Shown piece after piece: positions 28,239 through 37,266 of a stretch of DNA of 45,474 nucleotides (positions are counted from its first letter, which is position 1; every line of letters begins with the position of its first letter). Under the pieces are notes generated by a model. The model saw nothing but the letters and a program-made list of their open reading frames with translations, did no database searches and was not told the DNA's origin. Both the position numbers and the translations under genes were made by a program. This stretch comes from Balneolaceae bacterium (lineage in GTDB: Bacteria > Bacteroidota > Rhodothermia > Balneolales > Balneolaceae). The stretch lies in NCBI GenBank assembly GCA_040905245.1, contig JBBDRX010000038.1, forward strand, positions 1 through 45,474. The letters run 5' to 3'.

Positions 28239-29729
28239 CTATTGTGCGGGAATTTTCAACCAGTCACCCGGTTCGACCCGGGTATCCAGTTCCATCTGAT
28301 TGATGATAGCAACGTCCAGCGGCTCAATATCCATCGGCAAAGACTCCGGCAGAAAAGACTCCAGTGTACCAGAGCGATCTGCCCGAAAAACTTTCAGCCG
28401 AACCGGTTCAACCCTGAGAATATCCGGATCTCTCAAACGGTCAAAAGAGCTCGAAACATGGACAAAGTCCTCCTCGAACTGCTCGAACTGCTCGAGGCCT
28501 GTGTAGCTCAGGAACCGATAGACCTGGCCGTCAAACGCCACCGAGTAGATGTGAAGTCTGACGGGTGTTCCGTCTTCCAGAGTCGCGTCGGCCACCGCTT
28601 CATAGGCCTCCCATTCTCCGCTGCTGAGTGTCGATCCCTGGCGCTGAACCTCAATCTGTTCATTGGACACCACCCGTTGAACCGATGCCTGTGGATCTGC
28701 TGCTTCGGAATCGATCGAAAAAATGGTGACTGCCTGCTGCTCAGGTGAAAGAAGAACAACCTGTGAAGGCTGGTTCACGACTTCCCATCCCGAAGGATAG
28801 GGAAAGAGAAACTCCATGTCGGGATGATAGAACTGTCCGTCCCGGGCAAATCCGTGACGGGGATTCTCCCCAAACATCAGTCCGTCAATCATTTGCATAT
28901 ACCGTTCTGTATTACGCTCGCGCTGCTCATATCCCATCTCCCTCCACTCTTCGGCCAGCCGGGGAATGGTCTGTTCCCGTTCGCCAGGATCGGGGTGAGT
29001 GGAAACAAAGTTCGGGACGGACTGGCCATGTGCTTCCGAAATACGCTTCAGTGTTGTGAAGAGCGCAGACCCCTCGGATGCATCATAACCTACCCGGGCG
29101 GAGTACTCGACCCCCAGACGGTCGGACTCCCGTTCGTTATCTCTGCTGTAACTCAGAAAAAGAAATTCAGCAGCAGTACTGCTCAGATTCATCAGAGACT
29201 GCCCCGGAAGGCCCAAAACCTCCTGTCCCAGCACAGCACCGCCCACTACTGCCACTTGCCCGATTTTCTGCCGGAGGGCCCGCTGAGATGCATGTCTTGC
29301 GGCCACATGTCCGATTTCGTGGCCCATTACAACCGCAAACTGGGCTTCATTGCTAAGGTGAGCCAGAATTCCCCGGGTAAAGTAGACATACCCCCCTGGC
29401 AGAGCAAAAGCATTGATCACCGGACTGTCCAGCAATCGAAAGGTAAATTCGGTCTGCCGGAACTGCTCATCCGTATCCGGACGCCTGAGGTGGCTCTCGG
29501 CAAGTACCCCCTCACCGATCTCTTCTACATAGGAACCAAGCTCTTCATCATCGTAAAGCCCGAACTGGGCCACAATTTCCGGATCGGACTCCCGACCCAG
29601 TTCAATCTCCTGCTGCCAGGAGTAACCAAAAGCACGCGTGGTGCCGGAAACCGGATTCTTCTGAATGGAACAACCCGAGACCAGAAGGAAAGCCAGGGCC
29701 GAAACAAGAATAAGGTTTTGATATCTCAT
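28239..29729 (-). CDS. M48-family zinc metallopeptidase lipoprotein
   Basis: It has the lipobox LLVSGC|S and the HEIGHVAARH (HExxH) motif. A C-terminal domain of about 220 aa has no recognised family. Confidence 0.85.
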   Translation of the reverse strand: MRYQNLILVSALAFLLVSGCSIQKNPVSGTTRAFGYSWQQEIELGRESDPEIVAQFGLYDDEELGSYVEEIGEGVLAESHLRRPDTDEQFRQTEFTFRLLDSPVINAFALPGGYVYFTRGILAHLSNEAQFAVVMGHEIGHVAARHASQRALRQKIGQVAVVGGAVLGQEVLGLPGQSLMNLSSTAAEFLFLSYSRDNERESDRLGVEYSARVGYDASEGSALFTTLKRISEAHGQSVPNFVSTHPDPGEREQTIPRLAEEWREMGYEQRERNTERYMQMIDGLMFGENPRHGFARDGQFYHPDMEFLFPYPSGWEVVNQPSQVVLLSPEQQAVTIFSIDSEAADPQASVQRVVSNEQIEVQRQGSTLSSGEWEAYEAVADATLEDGTPVRLHIYSVAFDGQVYRFLSYTGLEQFEQFEEDFVHVSSSFDRLRDPDILRVEPVRLKVFRADRSGTLESFLPESLPMDIEPLDVAIINQMELDTRVEPGDWLKIPAQ

Positions 29730-29779
29730 GGTTCTTTGGAATCGTGAATAAAAAAGAAGTTACGAGTTCCCGCAGATTA

Positions 29780-31663
29780 TTACGAACCCTGGTTCCAAAC
29801 AATCAGGTCTTCCCCGTCGTCCCATCCGGAAACTCGATCCCTCCAGTGAAGAAAAATCAATGCCATGGCCAGGGAGTCGACCGCACAATACCGTGAAAGG
29901 CTTCGATAGATCCGCCCGGCCTCGACTTCCCCGGCAAGCCCACTTCTCGCATAGAGCCAGGCGTACATGGCCGAAGGGCCGTCTCCAATCCCCTCCCCTT
30001 TACTTGTAATCCGTGAATAAGGATTGCAAACCGCATCCTCACCGGACCCTGCGAGAGTCATCTCCAGATCGGCAGCCCATACAGGATTCCGGCAGTAGGT
30101 GTTCAGATAGTCACTAATCTGCAGAACTGAAGGCAACACCTCTTTCAGGCTCAGTCCCTCTCTCATGGATCGGTTGATATAGAAATCCCGAACCAGCCGG
30201 CTCAGATCCAGAAATTGCACTTGCTTCTGCTGGCCGCGGTCGAGGAAACGTTGCCCCAGTTCTAACGCCAGCTCCGAAGGCTGCTCCAAACCCTCATTCA
30301 GTTGTCCAAAAAGCCGCCTAAGTGCCTGCTTTTCGTACGGGGAATAGTGAACAATGGTTCCATACGACAGTTCCGGAACCTCCAGCAGAGACTCTGCAAA
30401 CAGGCAGCGGGTTGAACCGTCCCGGCTCTGGTCGAGCCAGTGAACATGCCGGAGGTCTCCGTTCTTCTGTAGTGTATGGCAGGAAAACTGAAACAAAACT
30501 TCCTGGTACGGCCGATCATTCCGGAAAAGCGGCACAGGAGACGAAGCGGCTTCAAAATCGACAAAATGAATTGGATACTCCAGATTTCGAATCGTCTCGC
30601 CCAATTCCGGTTTGTACCATTCAAGCGGAATCGATGCGCCCCGGGAAGCCAGTAGCTGAACCGACCTCCGATCCTCAATCGAAAATTGATTTTCACTTTT
30701 CTGATCGAGCTGCCCGAACGACTGAATCGTCCCGACAAGCGGAACCTCTTTCTGAAGCAGATGGCCGGCTTCGACCGCATGCCGGTTTCCCTGACCGATC
30801 AACTCGTAAGCATGGGGTTCTGCCTCGGGCGTCTCCGGCTTCTGCCGGGACCAGCAGCCGCCCCCCTCCATGGTTTCAGACTGGCGAAACACACAGTCCC
30901 GACAGGCCGGCGTCACCTGAAAAGAAGCCATAATCTCCTTCTCCAGATATGCTTCAAGACGCTCCATTTGCGCCGAAAAAGGAATCCCATGGAAAAAAGG
31001 ATGGATTGATCGGGACTCATGACTTTTCATCAGCTCCCCGGTCGCTTGCGTTGCCTCCACCTCTGTCAACAAACCGTTCAGCTGATCCGGCTCTACCCTG
31101 CCTTCAGCGACACGCGTCAGCAGATGATCTGTCTTCGCCAAAAATTTCCGGGTGGGAAAGCAGAGTTTCGATGAGACCGAAAGTTCAGGCCATACATGAT
31201 GGATCATCCATCTCTTGTAAGCCGCTTCCCGAAGATAGACAAGCAACTTGCCCGATGCAGGCAGCCCCCCGGATAGTGACCGCCTTCCAGACCTCCAGAG
31301 GCGACCGTGAACCTGATAGAGCACAACATGGTCGACCCGGCGTATCATCAACGGAATTCTGCATCGAAACCGTCCCCGAACAACAACCCCGCCACTGATC
31401 ACTGTCTCCGGTTTTTCCATCCACTCACGGGTTTGTCCGGCTGCAAGGGACACATCCCGGCCGGCCACATTTGCGCCGGGATGACAGTGGTCCAGCACCC
31501 GGCTGAGCTGAAGCTTGACAGCCGGGCGAAACCGATCTGCTCCCCTGCGATTCAACCCCTCGTCCAGAAGATAAAACGCCTTCAGAGGGCAAGAGAAAAT
31601 TTCCCGTACCAGATACCCGTTTATGTCTCCAGTAGCCGTATCAGTCATGAAGAGACCCGACAA
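29780..31663 (-). CDS. DUF2779 domain-containing protein
   Basis: YPIHFVDFEAASSPVPLFRNDRPYQEVLFQFSCH matches the DUF2779 signature as I recall it. There is a central CxxC-x12-C (ACRDCVFRQSETMEGGGCW). Confidence 0.7.
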   Translation of the reverse strand: MSGLFMTDTATGDINGYLVREIFSCPLKAFYLLDEGLNRRGADRFRPAVKLQLSRVLDHCHPGANVAGRDVSLAAGQTREWMEKPETVISGGVVVRGRFRCRIPLMIRRVDHVVLYQVHGRLWRSGRRSLSGGLPASGKLLVYLREAAYKRWMIHHVWPELSVSSKLCFPTRKFLAKTDHLLTRVAEGRVEPDQLNGLLTEVEATQATGELMKSHESRSIHPFFHGIPFSAQMERLEAYLEKEIMASFQVTPACRDCVFRQSETMEGGGCWSRQKPETPEAEPHAYELIGQGNRHAVEAGHLLQKEVPLVGTIQSFGQLDQKSENQFSIEDRRSVQLLASRGASIPLEWYKPELGETIRNLEYPIHFVDFEAASSPVPLFRNDRPYQEVLFQFSCHTLQKNGDLRHVHWLDQSRDGSTRCLFAESLLEVPELSYGTIVHYSPYEKQALRRLFGQLNEGLEQPSELALELGQRFLDRGQQKQVQFLDLSRLVRDFYINRSMREGLSLKEVLPSVLQISDYLNTYCRNPVWAADLEMTLAGSGEDAVCNPYSRITSKGEGIGDGPSAMYAWLYARSGLAGEVEAGRIYRSLSRYCAVDSLAMALIFLHWRDRVSGWDDGEDLIVWNQGS

Positions 31664-32708
31664 TTGTCACCTCCCGATCCAGATCGATACCGAACATCGA
31701 CAATACCTTCTCCCGAACCTCTTCCGAGAGCTGATAAACCTGTCTGCCGGTCGCCCCTCCGTAGTTCACAATCACAAGGGCCTGTTTCGGATAGATCCCC
31801 ACAGCCCCCTTGCGATACCCCTTCCATCCTGCCTTTTCAATAAGCCATCCGGCCGGAACCTTTACACGTTCCTCATCGACCGGATAAAAGGGGACATCCC
31901 CGAACTCTGTCTTCAGCTGCTTCAGCCGCGCCTGATCAATGACCGGGTTCTTGAAGAAGCTGCCGGCATTGCCCACACTGGCCGGATCCGGAAGTTTACT
32001 CCGGCGGATCTCTACCACAGCCCGACAGACTTGCTCCGGAGTCGGATTCTCAATGCGTTGCTCCTCAAGCCAGTCGGAAAGAACCCGATAGCTGTATTCG
32101 ACACGGTGATGTCCCGGAAGTGTCAATCGCAGTACGACCGAAACGACGAGATAGCGCCTCATCTCCAGCTGTTTGAACACGCTGTCGCGATAGGAAAACC
32201 CACACTCTTCCGCCAAAAACGTACGGAATACGCCCTCTTCGAGATCAAACGCCTCCAGAGAGTGAAACCGATCCTTCAGTTCAACTCCATAAGCACCGAT
32301 ATTCTGAATCGGTGCCGCTCCAACCGTACCGGGGATCAAAGCAAGATTCTCGATTCCTCCCCAGCCATTCGATACAGCATGCTGTACCAGCTCATGCCAC
32401 CGGTTTCCAGCACCGGCACGAACCAGGACCTGCTTCTCGTTCTGCTCTACAACCTGAAGAAATCGGATTTGATTGTGCAGGACGAGTTGCTGAACCGGTC
32501 CCACAAAAAGAATGTTGCTCCCCTCCCCGAGAACCAGGCAGCCGGAGTCCAGAAATCCTTTCTGATGAAGACGAGGCAACAGACCAACATGATCGACCGC
32601 AACAAATCGCCTGGCCGGTACAGAGATTCCCATGGTATTGAACGGAAGAAGATCTACGTCCCGCTCGGAGGAAAGCTGGTTTTTCTGTTCATCCGGCCAC
32701 TTGTTCAA
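31641..32708 (-). CDS. murB: UDP-N-acetylenolpyruvoylglucosamine reductase (long, E. coli-type)
   Basis: Motifs are LLPFNTMGI, LVLGEGSNILF, GAAPIQNIGAYGVE and AGSFFKNP. Confidence 0.9.
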   Translation of the reverse strand: MNKWPDEQKNQLSSERDVDLLPFNTMGISVPARRFVAVDHVGLLPRLHQKGFLDSGCLVLGEGSNILFVGPVQQLVLHNQIRFLQVVEQNEKQVLVRAGAGNRWHELVQHAVSNGWGGIENLALIPGTVGAAPIQNIGAYGVELKDRFHSLEAFDLEEGVFRTFLAEECGFSYRDSVFKQLEMRRYLVVSVVLRLTLPGHHRVEYSYRVLSDWLEEQRIENPTPEQVCRAVVEIRRSKLPDPASVGNAGSFFKNPVIDQARLKQLKTEFGDVPFYPVDEERVKVPAGWLIEKAGWKGYRKGAVGIYPKQALVIVNYGGATGRQVYQLSEEVREKVLSMFGIDLDREVTIVGSLHD

Positions 32709-34102
32709 AGCTCTTTGTCGTCTTTTTTGAGATTCTGATTCGATAATAACCGAACCCGAAGCTTCTTGACACGGTTATTTTTTACAGAATGAACGGTTAA
32801 CTCAAGGCCCCGATAGGCCAGTCGTTCTCCCACATTGGGAATTCGTTCCGTAAGATGGTACACCAGGCCGCCGAGAGTTTCGTACTCATCGTCACCCGAT
32901 GTGATCTCACGCTCCAGAATCTCCTCCATATCGTCCAGGTCGATGCGCGCATCGAACAGGTAGATCCCGTTTCGAAACCGGGTATAAAGCTTCTCTTCCA
33001 GTTCATCATACTCATCCCCGATCTCTCCGACGATCTCTTCAAGGATGTCGTCCAGTGTAACAAGTCCCTCGGTACCGCCATATTCGTCCACAACAATTGC
33101 CAGGTGGGTCTTTTCCTGCTGAAAATCTCTCAAAAGATCGTCAAGTTTTTTAGTAGCGGGGATAAAAAGCGTCTTTCGTGCGATCGTTTTCCAGTTGATC
33201 GTTGTCACGTCCAGATCCGAATGGATATAAGGTAACACATCCTTTGCATAGATCACTCCCAGAATAGAATCCAGATCGTTCTCGTGGAGAGGCATCCGGG
33301 AGAACCCCTTCTCCCGGATGAGGTCCATCACATCGCGCAGTGTGTGATCCACGGATACAGCCACAATGTTCACCCTGGATGTCATGATCTCACGTACTTC
33401 CGTGTGCCCGAATTCGATTACATTCTCGATAATCTCCCGCTCATCCCCATGAATGGAACCGGATCGTTCCCCCACTTCTGCCATGGCACGGAGGTCTTCG
33501 GTTGTCATTCGGTTACTGGGGCGAGGCAGGCGGCGTTCCAGAGTCATGGTACTTTCGGCGATCAGCTTCGCCACCGGTTTCAGAAGGATAAAGTGAAAAT
33601 AGATAAATCCGGCATACCGACGGGTCATCTTCAGCGGGTTGTTGATCGAAATGATTTTTGGAGTGATCTCGCTCACAATCAGTATCGTGAACGTTAGTAC
33701 CACGATTTCGATCGCATAGATCACCAATTCGGGCAATCCTACGGATTCAGCGACCATTCCTGTTGCTGCAGCAGCCATCACCGATGTAACGATATTGGCA
33801 AAGGTATTTCCGATGAGAATTGTAGCGAGAAGCCGCCGGGGCTTCTCCAGCATCCGAATCACTTTCACGTCCCGCCCGCCAGGTGCCTGATCACGGTCCA
33901 GCTTGTCCATCTGATTCACCATGGAGAAAAATGCCACCTCCGATCCGGAGAAAAAAGCACTCAGAACAAGGCCCAGGACAATAATAAACAGATAGAGAGA
34001 AAGAGAGACGTAGCTTATCGGATCAGCAGATTCCATAAATCCGCTTTCCAGAAAAAAAGCGAAATCAAACTGGCTACTCGGAGGTTCGTCTAATCGTTCC
34101 AA
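32705..34102 (-). CDS. CNNM/CorC-HlyC family membrane protein (DUF21-CBS pair-CorC_HlyC), GldE-like
   Basis: The N-terminal domain has 4 TM helices, with SGSEVAFFS. A CBS pair follows, then a C-terminal CorC_HlyC region (ETLGGLVYHLTERIPNVGERLAYRGLELTVHSVKNNRVKKLRV). An alternative start exists at 34036. Confidence 0.85.
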   Translation of the reverse strand: MERLDEPPSSQFDFAFFLESGFMESADPISYVSLSLYLFIIVLGLVLSAFFSGSEVAFFSMVNQMDKLDRDQAPGGRDVKVIRMLEKPRRLLATILIGNTFANIVTSVMAAAATGMVAESVGLPELVIYAIEIVVLTFTILIVSEITPKIISINNPLKMTRRYAGFIYFHFILLKPVAKLIAESTMTLERRLPRPSNRMTTEDLRAMAEVGERSGSIHGDEREIIENVIEFGHTEVREIMTSRVNIVAVSVDHTLRDVMDLIREKGFSRMPLHENDLDSILGVIYAKDVLPYIHSDLDVTTINWKTIARKTLFIPATKKLDDLLRDFQQEKTHLAIVVDEYGGTEGLVTLDDILEEIVGEIGDEYDELEEKLYTRFRNGIYLFDARIDLDDMEEILEREITSGDDEYETLGGLVYHLTERIPNVGERLAYRGLELTVHSVKNNRVKKLRVRLLSNQNLKKDDKEL

Positions 34103-34237
34103 TAACGCTTCATTGATTGAAAGGTAGTCTCACATCGGACCGGAAGAGGGGAACACCTCTCCGGGGCCTTCTGCAAGGTAGGCAATGTGCCGGAAACATT
34201 CCGGCCCGGTACACACGCCCGACAACCAGATAACAGG

Positions 34238-34705
34238 TTAAAATGGAAGGTCATCATCCATGTCGTCAAAGGAGTCGTCCAGGCTGACGCTTTCGTTACT
34301 TTGACTTCCTGACGAAGATCCAGAGGCAGACCCTCTTCCTCCTCCCGGTCCGGGCGCTCCGCCCTGGCGCCCACCCGCCGAATCCAGCATGGTCAGTGTC
34401 AACGCCTTGATCTCGGTGGTATAACGCTTCTGTCCATCCTTGTCTTCCCACTCCCGGGTCTGGATAGGCCCTTCAATATAGACCTGGGATCCCTTCTTGA
34501 GATACTCCTGACAAATCTCGGCTGTACGGCCCCAGGCCACAACGCGATGCCATTCTGTTCGTTCCTGAAACTCCCCGTTCCGATCCTTGAATCGCTCATT
34601 TGTTGCGATATTCAGTGTCGCAACCGCGGTGTTGGACTGTGTGTATCTGACTTCGGGGTCCTGTCCCAGTCTCCCTATGATCATTGCCTTGTTGAGTGAA
34701 CTCAT
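34238..34705 (-). CDS. ssb: Single-stranded DNA-binding protein
   Basis: The OB fold begins [23 protein letters not shown] Gly-rich linker leads to the acidic tip DDDLPF. Confidence 0.97.
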   Translation of the reverse strand: MSSLNKAMIIGRLGQDPEVRYTQSNTAVATLNIATNERFKDRNGEFQERTEWHRVVAWGRTAEICQEYLKKGSQVYIEGPIQTREWEDKDGQKRYTTEIKALTLTMLDSAGGRQGGAPGPGGGRGSASGSSSGSQSNESVSLDDSFDDMDDDLPF

Positions 34706-34852
34706 GTTGACTCCTGCCCGTTTAACTTTTATTTCCTGTTTGTCATAGTATAAGAACCCGCTTCGAGCATTTCCTTACACTTTTACATCATTGGAATATT
34801 CTCCATCCGGATCCATATTCCCGGCTCCGGACACGAGTTCTTCCGGGTACTC

Positions 34853-35602
34853 CTATCGAAGTGCCTCTTCCAGTTCCAGAGAAGCATCACTGCCCTCATC
34901 ACGATACTTGATAATCAATGCACAGGATACCGAAAGCCCCTGTTCGGCCGCCCAGCTGTTCCCTGCCGGCCGGCTGCCGGGAACGACAATGGCACCTTCA
35001 GGGATTGCAGCGCCTTTTCCAAGCTGCTTTTCCCGGACGCAGTCATATACGGGAACCGATTTTGACAAGACGACCCCCGGAGCAATCACGGCCCGCTTTT
35101 GAATCAGCACTCCTTCAACAAGTACTGCGCCGGCGCCGATAAAGCAGTCGTCCTCAACAATAACCGGATTGAGGCCAACTGGCTCCAGAACTCCTCCAAT
35201 CTGGACACCCGCCGAGAGGTGGACCCGTTTCCCGATCTGGGCGCACGATCCCACCAGAGCGTGACTGTCGATCATGGTTCCCTCATCGACATAAGCTCCA
35301 GTGTTTACAAAAGCCGGTGGCATTACAATCACTCCCGGCGCAAGGTAAGAGCCCCTCCGAACCGAAGATCCCCCGGGTACCAGACGAACCTGGTTATCGG
35401 GTACAAACTCTCTCGGAACAAGGTTGTCCTTATCCACAAACCCCTTGTACGCTCCATCATAAGAGACATTTTTTCCTGCTTTAAACGCTTCCAGAATTGC
35501 CTTTTTCACATCCACATCGGCCCGCCATCCGTCTTCAGTCTTGCGGGCAGCGCGCAGGGATCCATCTTCCAGTTTGTCAAGTACCTCTTTCCATTCCATC
35601 AT
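34853..35602 (-). CDS. dapD: Tetrahydrodipicolinate N-succinyltransferase (hexapeptide-repeat)
   Basis: The left-handed beta-helix repeats are GAYVDEGTMIDSHALVGSCAQIGKRVHLSAGVQIGGVLEP..VIVEDDCFIGAGAVLVEGV. It sits in a lysine-operon context. Confidence 0.85.
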   Translation of the reverse strand: MMEWKEVLDKLEDGSLRAARKTEDGWRADVDVKKAILEAFKAGKNVSYDGAYKGFVDKDNLVPREFVPDNQVRLVPGGSSVRRGSYLAPGVIVMPPAFVNTGAYVDEGTMIDSHALVGSCAQIGKRVHLSAGVQIGGVLEPVGLNPVIVEDDCFIGAGAVLVEGVLIQKRAVIAPGVVLSKSVPVYDCVREKQLGKGAAIPEGAIVVPGSRPAGNSWAAEQGLSVSCALIIKYRDEGSDASLELEEALR

Positions 35603-35707
35603 ATTATCATTTCTATCATTATCGTTTCCTGTTATGCGATGCCACAGATATCCGGATGTGGGTTGTTAAGGAATAGACGATGAAGAGCTGTTTGCAAGAT
35701 AATCACG

Positions 35708-36592
35708 CTACAGGCTCTGATACCACTTCCGAATGTCGCGATCCGCATTCAAAAGCGGCTCCATATCGGTCAGGTCTTCCCGTAACAGCGGCAGTCGCAA
35801 AGTAGCGGTCGAGATCCACCCCTTTTCCAGCAGAAGGGATTTTGCGGGAATCGGATTGGATGCGAAAAAAAGCGCCTCGGAGGCCCGTTCCCACAATCCC
35901 CGGAAGGATTCACTCTCGCCGGCCAGAGTCAGATCGACATATCTGGAAGTCTCTTCCGGCCAGACATTTGCTGCCACAGAAACCAGGCCGCTACAGCCAA
36001 TCTCCGTGTAGATTGGCAGATGGGCGTCATCTCCACTGAACAGTTCAACTGTGGGAGCCGCCTTGCGAAACGCACGATATTCATCGGCACTTCCACTGGC
36101 CTCTTTCAGACTCCACATTCGTGAATGCGTGGCCAGATTTGCAACCACTCCCGGCGGAATTCTGACACCGGTACGGCTCGGGATATTATAAAGCATACAC
36201 GGGTGGTCGGACTCGTCCAACAGTGCCTCGAACCAGGCCTGCATTCCGGCCGGGCCGGGCTTTGAATAGAGAGGAGCCACCAAAAGGAATGCATGAACAT
36301 TGAGGCCGTTGCAGGCAGCGATCCAGCTGCGTTGTGACTCCAGGTTGAACCCTCCAACCCCAACCATCAGGGGAATATCCGACCCGAGTCCCGATACAAA
36401 ACGGACAACAGAAAGCTTTTCTTCGTCCGGCAGAGCCAATCCCTCCCCTGTACTGCCAAGCAGGAGTACACCGTTACCGGCCTCCTCCTGTTTACCGACA
36501 AGTCGCTCCAGACTGTCATAGTCGATCTCTCCGTCCCTGTTCATAGGGGTGACAAGTGCCGTCCAGAGACGTGTCTCTTTCACATGTTTCAT
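35708..36592 (-). CDS. dapA: 4-hydroxy-tetrahydrodipicolinate synthase
   Basis: The start MKHVKE makes an ATGA overlap with the dapB stop. Motifs are LLGSTGEGLAL and LKEASG (catalytic Lys). The longer ORF form reaching 36682 would overlap dapB. Confidence 0.9.
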   Translation of the reverse strand: MKHVKETRLWTALVTPMNRDGEIDYDSLERLVGKQEEAGNGVLLLGSTGEGLALPDEEKLSVVRFVSGLGSDIPLMVGVGGFNLESQRSWIAACNGLNVHAFLLVAPLYSKPGPAGMQAWFEALLDESDHPCMLYNIPSRTGVRIPPGVVANLATHSRMWSLKEASGSADEYRAFRKAAPTVELFSGDDAHLPIYTEIGCSGLVSVAANVWPEETSRYVDLTLAGESESFRGLWERASEALFFASNPIPAKSLLLEKGWISTATLRLPLLREDLTDMEPLLNADRDIRKWYQSL

Positions 36593-37266
36593 GAGTTGTT
36601 GAAAGCTAAATCGATAATGGATTCGAACGTATAGATACCGGGCATAACCGAGTCGTTCTCGATCAGAAATCGGGCGGCCCAAAGAGCCCCCTCGGCAAAA
36701 AGCGCACGGTCATGCGCCTCATGTTTCAGATAGATGGATTCATACGGTGTTTTTATATGCAGTGTATGAACACCACGAACATCCCCTTCACGACTGGACG
36801 AGATATGAACATTATCCCGGCCCAGCCACTCTTCCCACTTCAGAGCGGTACCACTCGGGGCATCCTTCTTGTGGACATGGTGAACTTCATGAATATGATA
36901 CTCCGGATTTCGAAGAAACTCACTCCCCTGTCCTATCACTTCCAGGCACTTTCGGATAAGATTCATCCCGAGACTGAAATTGGCAGCCACAATCCATCGG
37001 GTTCCGCTTGCTTTCACACGCCTGGACAGATCCCCGGGAAAGGCATACCCGGTACTTCCCCAGGCAACCGGAATACCGGACTCTACAAGTGGTTCGATCA
37101 ACTCTCCTGCCGCATCCCCGGGGACGAATACAATAGCCACATCGGCCTCTTTCAACGACGACGTTGTCGGTTTGTTCCTCTCGTCAAAGGAGAGCACCTG
37201 GTCCGACTCCGCCAGTCTGGCTACATGGCCACCGGTTTTCCCGGTACCGATCAATGCAATTTTCAT
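36589..37266 (-). CDS. dapB: 4-hydroxy-tetrahydrodipicolinate reductase (short form)
   Basis: It has the Rossmann N-terminus MKIALIGTGKTG and the motif HEVHHVHKKDAPSGTA. Confidence 0.85.
   Translation of the reverse strand: MKIALIGTGKTGGHVARLAESDQVLSFDERNKPTTSSLKEADVAIVFVPGDAAGELIEPLVESGIPVAWGSTGYAFPGDLSRRVKASGTRWIVAANFSLGMNLIRKCLEVIGQGSEFLRNPEYHIHEVHHVHKKDAPSGTALKWEEWLGRDNVHISSSREGDVRGVHTLHIKTPYESIYLKHEAHDRALFAEGALWAARFLIENDSVMPGIYTFESIIDLAFNNS

Noticed and set aside
28824-29747. 307-aa plus-strand ORF
   Set aside because: It is antisense to the M48 peptidase gene (HEIGH motif on the other strand). It is a shadow ORF.
31623-32738. 371-aa plus-strand ORF
   Set aside because: It is antisense to murB, which has clear family motifs. 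It is a shadow ORF.
36593-36682. N-terminal extension of the dapA ORF
   Set aside because: It would overlap dapB by 94 nt. The internal ATG forms the same ATGA coupling seen at lysC/dapB.
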